From positions 1 to 34,679 of the forward strand of contig JALAGF010005229.1 in assembly GCA_030167865.1 (NCBI GenBank): a DNA stretch of 34,679 nt, given 5' to 3'. Made by a program: the position numbers and the translations under genes. Positions 1 through 9,658 of this stretch are shown in pieces. Under the pieces are notes generated by a model. It saw nothing but the letters and a program-made list of their open reading frames with translations, was not told the origin of the DNA and made no database searches. Position 1 is the stretch's first letter, and every line of letters starts with the position of its first letter. Source of the stretch: Craspedostauros australis. Taxonomy: Eukaryota.

Positions 1-1243
1 TCTTCAATCAGTACACCCCTCTTGAACTGCATCACACGGCTATCCCGAAGCTGGCAGATCCAAGAGACATCCTCCACCGATTCGTGCCGACTACGCTCGA
101 ATCCTAACTGACATGCTCGATGCTCGGCTGAACCATCCCATCACTTGGTATGGTCTGTTTGCACACTACAACGGACTGGATCTCACTCAGGCCTGACGAC
201 ATGTGAATGTGCACTGCTCCACATACATCGACAAGGTGCTCTGGCNNNNNNNNNNNNNNNNNNNNNNNNNNNNNNNNNNNNNNNNNNNNNNNNNNTGTGC
301 ACTGCTCCACATACATCGACAAGGTGCTCTGGCAACACGATTGGCATTGATTGAAGTCTACACAACGCCTACCCATGCGTGCAGACAATAGACGTGTGTG
401 GCAATTGGATCAGGCAGTCTTACCCAACATGGAAGCCAAGCATCATGGTCTGCAATCCAAATCCTTCAGCTACCACTGAGCCATTGGCAAGCTCATCTGG
501 GCCATGGTTTCCTGTCGCCCTGACATCTCCTTCCCNGTGGTGAAGCTGAGCCAAGTCTTGATGAACCCTGCACGTGTACACTACAAAGCCGTCAAATACC
601 TCTTCAGGTATGTTGCATCCACCAGGGACTTTGGGATCACCTACTGGCGACTGTCTCCTGTTCCGCAGCTTGCAGATGTGCCAGCACTGAAAAAACTCTT
701 GCCTGCCAACAACAAGCACCACATCCCGGTGGACCAGGTCACCATCCAGGCGACTTTCCTCTACGTATATGTGGACGCCGATTGGGGTGCCGATATAAGG
801 CATTGTAAATCCACCAGAGGCATTGTGTTGCTTCTTGGCAGCCCCGCTGTTGCGTGGAAAACCTGCGTCCAACCCACTGTTTCTCTCATTACCTCTAAAG
901 CCGAGTTCATTGTCACCAGCAACAATGGCAAGATGGTGCTCTGGTGTCGGTCCATCCTGGACAAGATCAGCATGTGCCAACAGCATGCCATACTTATCTA
1001 CAAGGACAACCAAGGCGTCAGAATGATGGCAAACACCAACCAACCGCCAAGGAACTCCAGGCATATCGATATACACACATTTGCGGTCTGCGATTGGGTG
1101 GACAGAGATCTCATCCTCATTGCCGATGTGTCATCCAACCCCAATGCTTCAGATCTGTGCAACAAGCAGATGCCTGTGATTATGTTCTTTTGACATACGG
1201 ACCTACTCATGGGATGTATTCCATCATTCTACATTTGCCAGTG
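1..1243 (+). mobile_element. Degenerate Ty1/Copia LTR retrotransposon pol 3' end (RT C-terminus + RNase H), pseudogenized
   Basis: Once the gap overlap is collapsed, one frame gives Copia motifs HYNGLDLTQ..CSTYIDKVL, SY.*AIGKLIWAMVSCRPDISF.V.KLSQ, HYKAVKYLFRYV, YVDADWGAD..KSTRG, QPTVSL.TSKAEF, IYKDNQG, RHIDI, NASDL. In-frame TGA stops at 194, 348, 477 and 1191. The element continues 5' of the window. Confidence 0.93.
208..333. other. Scaffold gap (50 N at 246-295) flanked by an identical 38-bp sequence; probable unmerged contig overlap
   Basis: 208-245 is identical to 296-333 (tgtgcactgc...gtgctctggc). Collapsing the two copies restores the Copia RT reading frame. Confidence 0.9.
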
Positions 1244-1328
1244 AATGCCGCCAGTGGAGTGCGGAGATCCCAGTTTTCTCTGTACGACAGAGTGGATTAT
1301 TTCCGCTAGCTAACACAAGCGTGTGGGG

Positions 1329-1536
1329 TGTTGGCATCTGTCCACATGTATGATGACAGACGTCATCGACAGCAGCAACAGCTGACACAACAAACATCAT
1401 CACAGCTCCGTAGTCATGAATCCACCATCAGCACGAAATCATACACACCACACACTCACAATACTGACAAATTCAAACAACAATTGGACAACACTATGCA
1501 TTTTGCAGGAATAAACCATTTATTACAAATACAACA
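1329..1536 (+). repeat. Candidate 3' LTR of the Copia element
   Basis: Lies downstream of RNase H. A short G-run (gtgtgggg, weak PPT) directly precedes TGTTG at 1329. AATAAA at 1510-1515 and inverted CAACA at 1532-1536. Other CAACA ends occur nearby and the 5' LTR is outside the window. Confidence 0.45.
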
Positions 1537-2903
1537 CGATAATTACACGATTCGGGAAATGGATGAGTGTTACAATCAGTCAGAAATCACGTTTTCGAGA
1601 CGCAACCACAACGACAACACCAAAAATTGTGCTTCGAAACGTAAAAAATGGAGAAGGAAAATTCACAACACGACCAACGTGACGTGTTGGACAAACCCTT
1701 CGGAAGCCCGATGGCGTCATCAGTTAACAACAACTATGACACTGCGTGAACCGACCATCATGATTGGCCAGTTGGGTCGTGGCGTTATGTCAAAGATCGT
1801 ATTTGGTGGGAACGCAATGATGTCTGCGACAGGTCACGAAGACACCGATGTCCACAACACGAGGGGAGTTCTCATGCCTCCTTTCAAACAAATATCGATT
1901 GCTTACTTGTGAGCACAAATAAAATGTCAAAATGAAAATCGATGTTTCGTAATTTTGTCATTGCGTTGTTCTTCGCATGTTGTACCACGTTGTATTTCGC
2001 CTGTGAAACCGGAGGATGATTTCGACTCGCAAAACAGAGTGTGACGTCACGATAAGAATTAACCTTTCAACCATTCGGACAAATGAAAGCACACAAACCA
2101 ACTCTTGCACAGTGTTTCAATGACAGAAACGAGGAGGCACGGCGCCGGACAAGCAGTCTAAATGTGGAGATGCTGTCCTCTGTTTGTATGGTACGGTTTA
2201 ATTGGTATCCACACATTAGTATATCAACTATTGACGATACTACGATGGGTACCGAAGGTCAACAAGGATGCATCAGACCAGGGTGGGAGGCAACTGGGAA
2301 AAGCGTCTCCCGCAGCTCCCAAAGTTGGCCACTACGACACTGCATCGAACCGATGACAAAAACGATAAGTTGCAATCATTTCGGAACGGAGTAATATTAA
2401 ATTGAATTATTATTATTCTATGATTCTTGCAACGCCCATGAGACCTCATGACAACGATCTTCGCAGACGCCATCACCATGGTCACCTCATCGCTTCGCCT
2501 GTCCATCGCTTCCCCTTCTGTTCCTCCCGACGACGTGTTTGTCTCTGTGACGGATCTTGTTGATTCCCGCCTGAATCCCGAAAAATCTTCGCGAATTTGC
2601 AAAATTTGTGTTGCACCTGCCGGCGCGCTCGATTTTTGGCCACCATTTGCTTTGCCAAATGACAGTCGGTGTGTTGACGCGAGTAGTTGGTGCGTGCAAT
2701 GTGCGCAGTGTCGGTACTGCGCGCAGAATCGCACTGTTCCACTCCACTTTACTGGCATTGCAGTGGCATTCCAGCAGCATTTCTTGGAGTGCTTCGCTCT
2801 GCTCAAATTCACAACAAGACAATCGCTCCATCATCACTCCATCATCACAGACAACCAAAGTATAGTAAACCAACCAAAGTAAAGCAAAGTAAGGCAGAAG
2901 ACA

Positions 2904-4913
2904 ATGGCAGAACCAGAGAGGAAGGCCAAATGCGCCCGCTGCGGCGAAGAGAAGGTGAAATCGGAGTACAGCAACCATCAGCTGAAGCGCAAAGGCAAGC
3001 GCAAGTGCAAGGATTGCATTGCCGAGCTTGAGGCTGAGGCCGATGCTGCGGAGGCTGCTGCTGCTGCTGCGGAGGCTGGCACTGCAGAGGTCAAGGAAGT
3101 GGAAGCTGCAGCAGAGCCTGAAGCAGCTGCTGCGGAGGACGCTGCTGAGGACGACGCTGAGAAGGACGCTGAGCAGGCAGAAGAGGACGACACTGAGAAG
3201 GATGAAGCGGCCAGAATAGCAGCCGAAGAGGAGGCCACCAGGTTGGCTGCTGCAAAGAAGGCAGAAGAAGAAGCCGCGGAAGCAGCTAGAATAGCAGCTC
3301 AAGAGGAAGAGGAGGCCGCCAAGCTGGCTGCCGAAGAGGAGGCCACCAAGTTGGCTGCTGCTGAAGAGGAAGCACAGAAGAAGGCTGAGGAACAAGCTGC
3401 CGCTGCAAAGAAAGACGAAGAGGAGGAAGCTGCCAAGCTTGCTGCTGAAGAAGAGCCACAGAAGAAGGCGGAAGAGGAGGCTGCTGCCGCTGAAGCCGCT
3501 AAGTTGGCTGCAGAGGAAGAAGAGGCACAGAAGACGAAGGCTGAGGAGGAAGATGCTGAAGCCGCCAGACTTGCTGCAGAGGAAGAGGCGAAGAAGAAGG
3601 CGGAAGAGGAGGCTGCTGCTGCTGCAAAGAAGGCTGAGGAGGAAGCTGCCGCTGCTGAAGCCGCTAAGTTGGCTGCAGAGGAAGAGGAAGCCAAGAAGGC
3701 TGAGGAGGAAGCTGCTGCTGCGAAATTGGCAGAAGAGGAAGAAGCCGCCAAGCTTGCTGCTGCTGAAGAGGAGGCTAAGAAGAAGGCTGAGGAGGAGGCT
3801 GCTGCTGCTGCTGAGGCCGCCAGACTTGCCGCAGAGGCAGAAGCAAAGAAGGCTGAGGAGGAAGCTGCTGCGGCTGCCGCCAAATTGGCAGAAGAGGAAG
3901 CTGCTGCCGCAAAGAAGGCGGAGGAGGAGGCTGCTGCTGCCAAGCTTGCTGCTGAAGAGGCCGAAGCAAAGAAGGCGGAAGAGGAAGCCGCGGCTGCTGC
4001 CAAAAAGGCGGAGGAGGAAGCCGAAGCAAAGAAGAAGGCTGAGGAGGAAGCCGAGGCTGCGGCTGCTATCCAGAAGGCAGCTGAAGAGGCCGCGGCCGCC
4101 AAAAAGGCGGAGGAAGAAGCTGCAGCAGCAAAGAAGGCTGAGGCAGAGGCAGAGGCAAAGAAGAAGGCCGAAGAGGAAGCGGCGGTGGCTGCTGCCAAGA
4201 AGGCCAAGGAAGACCAGGAAGCCGTCATCAAAAAGGCGGAGGAGGAAGCTGCCGTGGCAGGAGCGGCTGTCAAGAAGGCCGAAGGAGAGGTTGCCGCAGC
4301 ATCGGCTGCGAAGAAGGCGGAGGAGGAAGCAGCGGCAGCTACCAAAAAGGCCGAAGACGAAGCAGCGGCAGCCGCAAAGAAGACAGAGGGAGACAAGGCC
4401 GATGCCACCAAGGACGATGCCAAGACCGATCACAAGGAGGAAGGCGACGAGACCGCCACAAAGAAGAAGAAAAAGAAGGGCAAGAAGGCCGCCAGCAAGA
4501 AGAAGGTCACGGACGGCGACGATGCCGATGCAACGGCGGAGGGAGACGCCGCGAAGAAGCCGGTCGGCAAGAAGAAGAAAAAGAAGGCGGATGCGACCGA
4601 TTCTGGCGAAAGCAACGACGGGGAGCAGAAGCCAGCAACCAAGAAGAAGGCGGACGGTGCCAAGAAGCCAGCGAGCAAGAAGGACGCCAAGGAAGAGAAG
4701 AAGACGCCACCAACAACAGCAGCGACGACGATGACGACGCCAACGAAGAAGAAGACCCCCGAGGAGGAGAAGAAGACAGATACGGAACAGAAACTGTCGC
4801 CTGCCGTCGAAAGCAAGGATTCCGGCGTGGTCGAGAACACCATCAACCGACGTATATCGCACGAGGATATCGGTCCGGAGACGAGCACATGCGGTGCATG
4901 CTTGGTCATGTAA
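2904..4913 (+). CDS. 669-aa protein: N-terminal Stc1-like CxxC...CxxC Zn finger, long Ala/Glu/Lys helical repeat, Lys-rich region, C-terminal CaaX (CLVM)
   Basis: Long ORF with ATG in ACA-ATG-G context. KCARCGEEKVKSEYSNHQLKRKGKRKCKDC; about 395 aa of KKAEEEAAAA/AAKLAAEEE repeats (about 3204-4390); ends TCGACLVM*. Confidence 0.9.
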   Translation: MAEPERKAKCARCGEEKVKSEYSNHQLKRKGKRKCKDCIAELEAEADAAEAAAAAAEAGTAEVKEVEAAAEPEAAAAEDAAEDDAEKDAEQAEEDDTEKDEAARIAAEEEATRLAAAKKAEEEAAEAARIAAQEEEEAAKLAAEEEATKLAAAEEEAQKKAEEQAAAAKKDEEEEAAKLAAEEEPQKKAEEEAAAAEAAKLAAEEEEAQKTKAEEEDAEAARLAAEEEAKKKAEEEAAAAAKKAEEEAAAAEAAKLAAEEEEAKKAEEEAAAAKLAEEEEAAKLAAAEEEAKKKAEEEAAAAAEAARLAAEAEAKKAEEEAAAAAAKLAEEEAAAAKKAEEEAAAAKLAAEEAEAKKAEEEAAAAAKKAEEEAEAKKKAEEEAEAAAAIQKAAEEAAAAKKAEEEAAAAKKAEAEAEAKKKAEEEAAVAAAKKAKEDQEAVIKKAEEEAAVAGAAVKKAEGEVAAASAAKKAEEEAAAATKKAEDEAAAAAKKTEGDKADATKDDAKTDHKEEGDETATKKKKKKGKKAASKKKVTDGDDADATAEGDAAKKPVGKKKKKKADATDSGESNDGEQKPATKKKADGAKKPASKKDAKEEKKTPPTTAATTMTTPTKKKTPEEEKKTDTEQKLSPAVESKDSGVVENTINRRISHEDIGPETSTCGACLVM

Positions 4914-5572
4914 GCGTCGGCATAGCACAGCGTATCGTGTTGGATTGCGCTCGCAGTGATGTGCTGCGCATGCACACGCCACGCCTCTTGGGTGGAATCC
5001 ACCCAGGACCGCTCTTTGTTCCGACACGTTCCCTTCTGCTCTGTTGCAGCACAGCCTCCACATCCCGGATCTCGTCTGCCTTGGTGTCTGCGGCGTCGGC
5101 TCTGGTGTGTTTGTATGTTTTTGCGAAAAAGGGAAAAAGAGATGGAGCCGACGAAGATTAAACAAGTGAGCGAGTCACAATACGCGTACGTACGATTATA
5201 CCAGTATCACGGTAAGCACTCTCGGAGTGCTTCTAGTAATAAAGCATTATATGATATGATATGATGGGACAGAAGTAAAGAACTGTTCCAATCGGAATGG
5301 ATGCGATGAGATGAGGTTGGTTGGTTGGTTGGTTAGTCGTTAGATCTTCAGTATGGCGTTACTCTGTCGTTTCCGATTCTCCCACGAGCCACTGTCCTGC
5401 GCACTGATCGCCCATTTGGTATCGGCACACGATGGCTTGGAGTTCGTGCGCAGAGAGGTCTCTGATCGAACGGATGAATGAAACGGAATCCAACGCTTTT
5501 GATGTCAAAGAGGGAAAACTTGTGTCCCTGTTCATTGAGTTTGGCGCCAACGAAGGATTTGGTGTCAGACAC

Positions 5573-5580
5573 TGACGTCA
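5573..5580. promoter_or_regulatory. Palindromic TGACGTCA (CRE/aureochrome-type bZIP site) about 190 bp upstream of the plastid SDR gene
   Basis: Exact 8-mer palindrome containing TGACGT. A single site may be chance. Confidence 0.25.
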
Positions 5581-5767
5581 CAACCACATCAGAAGAATCC
5601 ATCCTCACAAAAACCAGAGCGCACAGACTGCCCATTGACATCAAAGTACACTGCTCAACTCACCTCGACTCGACTCTGTTACATTCGATCACAACAGACC
5701 ACATCACAATCACATTTAGCTGAAGTCAAAAGGCCAACACTCAGACCAAGCCAAGTTCTAATCCAAC

Positions 5768-7052
5768 ATGCAGCGCATCCGTTCCTTCGCTATCGTGGCA
5801 GCTGCCATCCTCGCTGCAACACCAGCCTGCCTTGCATTCTCTTTGCATGCGGCACCCCTCCAGGCACGCTCCACGGCGTCCGCTACTGCGCTGTTCGCCT
5901 CCGCAGAGGATGAGTCTGCGCCACTCGACCGCCGTTCCGTCCTGCAGCAATCCGCGGCCGCCATGATCGGCATCGCCTCCGCATCGGTCCTCACGCCAGC
6001 GGCCTTCGCAGCAGAAGACGACGATGCGGCAACGCCCAAAAGCATCGTCGTCGTCGGTGCCACCGGACAGACGGGTCGCCGCATCCTGGAACGCCTCGCG
6101 GCGCAGCAGCAATCCGCACCCATCATCGGCGGCGTGCGCAACGTCGACAAGGCCACGGCCGCCCTGACCGAATCGTCGACCGTCCTGCGCGGCGCCATGG
6201 TGCAGAAGGTCAACGCCGTCAACACGAACGGCGTCACGCTGCAGCACATGGACGTCGTCAAGGACTCCGATGCCGCCTTGGCGCAGTCTTTCCAGAATGC
6301 CGACGCCGTCGTCATCGCCGTCGGCTTCATCCCCGGCAATCCCCTCAAGTGGAACCAGGGCGCCCACGACGTCGATAATGTCGGGACGTGCCGTCTCGTC
6401 GATGCCGCCAGGGCCGCTGGCGTGCGCAAGATCGTCCTGGTGTCGTCCATTCTGACGAACGGTCGCAACTGGGGACAGGAGAAGGCGCCGGGATTCGTCA
6501 TCACCAACGCCTTTGGAGGCGTCCTCGATGAGAAGATCATCGCGGAGAAGTACCTGCGCGCGTCGGGCATGGATTACACCATCGTGCGGGCGGGCGGATT
6601 GAAGTCAAACCCACGTGAGTGGTTGTTTGTGTGGATGCTCCTGTTGAATATCGCGTGGCGATCATTGGCCGTCTTGCGCGTCTGCATGCAAGCTCAACAC
6701 AAGGACTCGGCTCACATTCCTCACCCTTGATATTGTGTTCCCGAATACTGCGCTGCACTTGCACTGCACTGCGTTGGTATTGTCTTTCTTCATATAATAC
6801 AATGCAATGCGATGCAATGCGATACAATACCACACCATCCCAATGCAATTTCCACTCTATTCTCCATGAACAGCAACCGGACCGGTCATCATTTCGGGAG
6901 AGGACACTCTGAACAGCGGCGAGGTCTCACGTGATTTGGTGGCCGATGTCAGCATCGCCTCCATCTTCGATCCCAAGGCTTCCAACAAGGTCTTGGAGAT
7001 CATCGAGGATGATGGCAAGCCACCGCAGGCCTTCAACGGTTTGGTCATGTAG
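5768..7052 (+). CDS. Plastid-targeted NAD(P)-binding atypical SDR (TIC62/At2g34460-like), 2 exons, about 341 aa
   Basis: Exons 5768-6614 and 6874-7052 (GTGAGT...CAG, 259-bp intron, 1026 nt total). Signal peptide ending CLA|FSL; VVGATGQTGR Rossmann motif; VDNVGT; KIVLVSSILTN; K..AEKYLRASGMDYTIVRAGGL; exon 2 gives EDTL.SGEVSRDLVA..NKVLEII. Confidence 0.93.
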
Positions 7053-7933
7053 AGTGAGTGTGTGCGCAGGTTGTGTGCATGCCGTACGAGTAGTGCCACA
7101 GAGTGCTACTGTACAACATTACAATGATCTACTCTTATATTGTATGCTAGCTTCACTCCACTTCACTGCACTACCATTGATCAAGATACGAGTGCGAGTG
7201 CGTCGTATTATAGATCCTTCATCAAACAGTTTGGACGAGTGTTGGCGCTTCTGGTGGAAAATTGCGGCACTCCATAGTCGTACTACGACGACGTTGTCTC
7301 AAGAGTAGTTGTAATAGTCTATCTGCGGGTGCAACACGAGCTGCGCAATCCCGCAAACACGACCAAACGGAAATCGAGTCTTCGTGTGCCTCTCTCTTCT
7401 CATTTCACCAGTTGGGACACAGGAAAGAAGCAACCAAGACAGGAGTTGTCGCAGCACAAAGCCACAGGAACGTGCGAAAGCGTGACCTTGCACCAACGCA
7501 TAGTGCACACCATCACAATGAATCCTGCATGATCACATCAAATGAACAACTGTTTCAGCAACATCACTGCACTTTGACACACATCACGCCATCCATCCAC
7601 CAAGTCACCAAGCTGTGTGGCATGCAGGATGGGTACTCCCGACACGATCACACCAGCTGGATGGCAAGGAGCGACCATGATGGTGTTACCAACACTCTGG
7701 GATCTCGAGGATGGCGCAGATCTGCGATTGGGATGCTCACAAAACCAAATCAACAACAATCCCAACATCAAACCAATTATCAAACCAATAAACACCAATC
7801 CAATCAAAAGAAGACAACACTCTCGACACAGATCCATACCCAACATTCATACAAGTAGAGCACCATGATCCACATCAACCTCACACAAACACTGATGTAT
7901 GCTCTACGCGCACCCCAGACAACTCCAGCCGGG

Positions 7934-9343
7934 ATGAAGATGAGGATGAGGATGAAGATGAGGATCAAGACGAGCATCAATCTCCATCTCGTGTTCCTTG
8001 CCTTCAGCATCGTGAATCTCTCCACGAGGCTACCGCAGTGCTCGGCGACGAATATCGTGGAATCCACGGTGATCACGATCCCGCCACCTCCCTTCGCGCC
8101 GGAAGAAATGGAGCGTGTTTCGCCCGCATTGCAAGCAGCGAAGCAATGCATCCAGTACTCCGCCCAACAAAGAGATCCAAGCCTCTGGAGCATCGCGCCG
8201 CAGCTCGCCTTGATGAAGAATCGGACTGCCACATGCGATGATGGACACGTCGATACCGTCGTCAATGTCCTTGCCTTCCAACGATGCGACGCACCGTGCA
8301 ATGCATCCGCGGAAGTGCTGTCCACCATCCAGCTCGGTTGCGCCAACGGCACCTTCGATGCGGTCCTCGACATGACGTGCGCGGCATTGCGATGCGAGTC
8401 CGACCAGGACTGCCGCGACGATCGTTGGTGTCAACCCAGCGCCTTCACGCACAACGTCTGCACTGCCTACGCAAAGGAAGGCGCCAACTGCGAACCACAG
8501 CGATGTCTGCCGGGTCTCATCTGCGGTCCACCGAAGTCCACGTCCAAGGCCAATGGCGTGTGTGTCGATCCCAAGAACATCCTCGAGCCACCAAAGCAAC
8601 CATGCGAAACGGACGACGACTGTTCCGACACGACGTGGTGCCGCGCCGTCGATCAGACCGATCGTTTCAAGACCTGCGTGCCGTACGTTGCCGAAGGAGC
8701 GAGATGCGACGGTTTCTTTCCGTTCTATTTGCGTGAGCGGTGCCCTCCCTCCTTGGTGTGCAAGTTCGAACCGCTGCCCGACACCGATCCTGCCTTGGCT
8801 CCTGATCATTCCGGTGTATGCCGTGCCGTCCTCGATGAAGACATGGTCCTGCAAGCTGTGGAATCATGTCTCTCCAATGCCACGCAGGTTGGGTTCGAAG
8901 AGGAAACGATCCGCGAAGCATGCGACGATGATAAGCACGCAAAGTCCGTTGATGTCATAGATCTTGCACATGACAAACATCTCGCGACCGTTCTCTTCGA
9001 CTGCGATGGCAACATCGTGTCGCAGCAGTGTCATGGTGGCAGTGAGGCAGATCCTGTGACACAAATTGATCAATCCGATGATGCGGCTGGTTTGTCCGAC
9101 GATGCCGTCATTGGCTTGACGGTCGCGGCCGGCATTGTGGGTATGGCCATCGTCGCAATGCTCCTTCATTGCAGGACGGGCAAGGTTCCAAGCGCGGCAT
9201 CCGAAACGGGAGCGCAAACAAAAGTTTTGCCGCCGAACAACGCAACGAGCACTGACGGAGGCAACAGCACCAAGCTTCCGGCACGTGATATCATGGATAC
9301 AGACTCCGAGGACATCGAGGCGGCGGCAAACGAGTCCGATTGA
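7934..9343 (+). CDS. Cys-rich type I single-pass membrane protein (A-B-B-A ectodomain)
   Basis: The ORF opens at 7865, but the likely start is ATG 7934 or 7958, before the hydrophobic LHLVFLAFSIV..CSA signal. Two CxxDxDCxxxxWC...EGAxC...RCxPxLxC modules; TM AVIGLTVAAGIVGMAIVAMLL (about 9104-9165); short acidic tail. Confidence 0.85.
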   Translation: MKMRMRMKMRIKTSINLHLVFLAFSIVNLSTRLPQCSATNIVESTVITIPPPPFAPEEMERVSPALQAAKQCIQYSAQQRDPSLWSIAPQLALMKNRTATCDDGHVDTVVNVLAFQRCDAPCNASAEVLSTIQLGCANGTFDAVLDMTCAALRCESDQDCRDDRWCQPSAFTHNVCTAYAKEGANCEPQRCLPGLICGPPKSTSKANGVCVDPKNILEPPKQPCETDDDCSDTTWCRAVDQTDRFKTCVPYVAEGARCDGFFPFYLRERCPPSLVCKFEPLPDTDPALAPDHSGVCRAVLDEDMVLQAVESCLSNATQVGFEEETIREACDDDKHAKSVDVIDLAHDKHLATVLFDCDGNIVSQQCHGGSEADPVTQIDQSDDAAGLSDDAVIGLTVAAGIVGMAIVAMLLHCRTGKVPSAASETGAQTKVLPPNNATSTDGGNSTKLPARDIMDTDSEDIEAAANESD

Positions 9344-9658
9344 GGATTTATTTCCCATTGCTTTCGCAATAGACGCATGCTTACGTCCGCACTTGCACAG
9401 TCCTAGAGGTACACGCACAGTTAGAATAGAGTGGAGGAAGTATAATAGAAGCAGCGGTGCTGGACGTTTACCAAAACATGAATTTCATTTGATGATGATT
9501 ATCGCTACCACACGGGGCTGGCGAGGAGCACATCGCAACCATCAATAAATCAACGAATCAATAAGCATACCCCCGCGTCTCAAGCACTGTCGTGCTGAGC
9601 ACTTGTGTCATACAGAATCGAGTGAACGGCACTCGTGACGTCGATCAGGCTGCTCAAT

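Noticed and set aside
208..333. 38-bp direct repeat around a 50-N spacer (CRISPR-like or tandem-repeat look)
   Set aside because: Identical sequence flanking an assembly gap. Collapsing it restores the RT frame, so it is a scaffolding artifact.
1328..1912. 194-aa ORF
   Set aside because: Non-ATG start, overlaps the candidate LTR, A/C-rich and without motifs.
1..3030. Functional link between the Stc1-like gene and the adjacent silenced retrotransposon
   Set aside because: Only proximity supports it. The CaaX end argues for a membrane rather than chromatin role.
2487..5165. 892-aa and 374-aa antisense ORFs and a 431-aa alternative-frame Arg-rich ORF
   Set aside because: Shadows of GCN/GAR/AAG repeat codons, which rarely generate stops in other frames.
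2041..5550. Isolated palindromes GTGACGTCAC (2041) and TTGGCGCCAA (5541, E2F-like)
   Set aside because: Single short motifs cannot be distinguished from chance without functional data.
6615..6730. C-terminus of the 320-aa ORF (REWLFVWMLL...)
   Set aside because: Intron read-through. The spliced exon 2 supplies the conserved SDR C-terminus.
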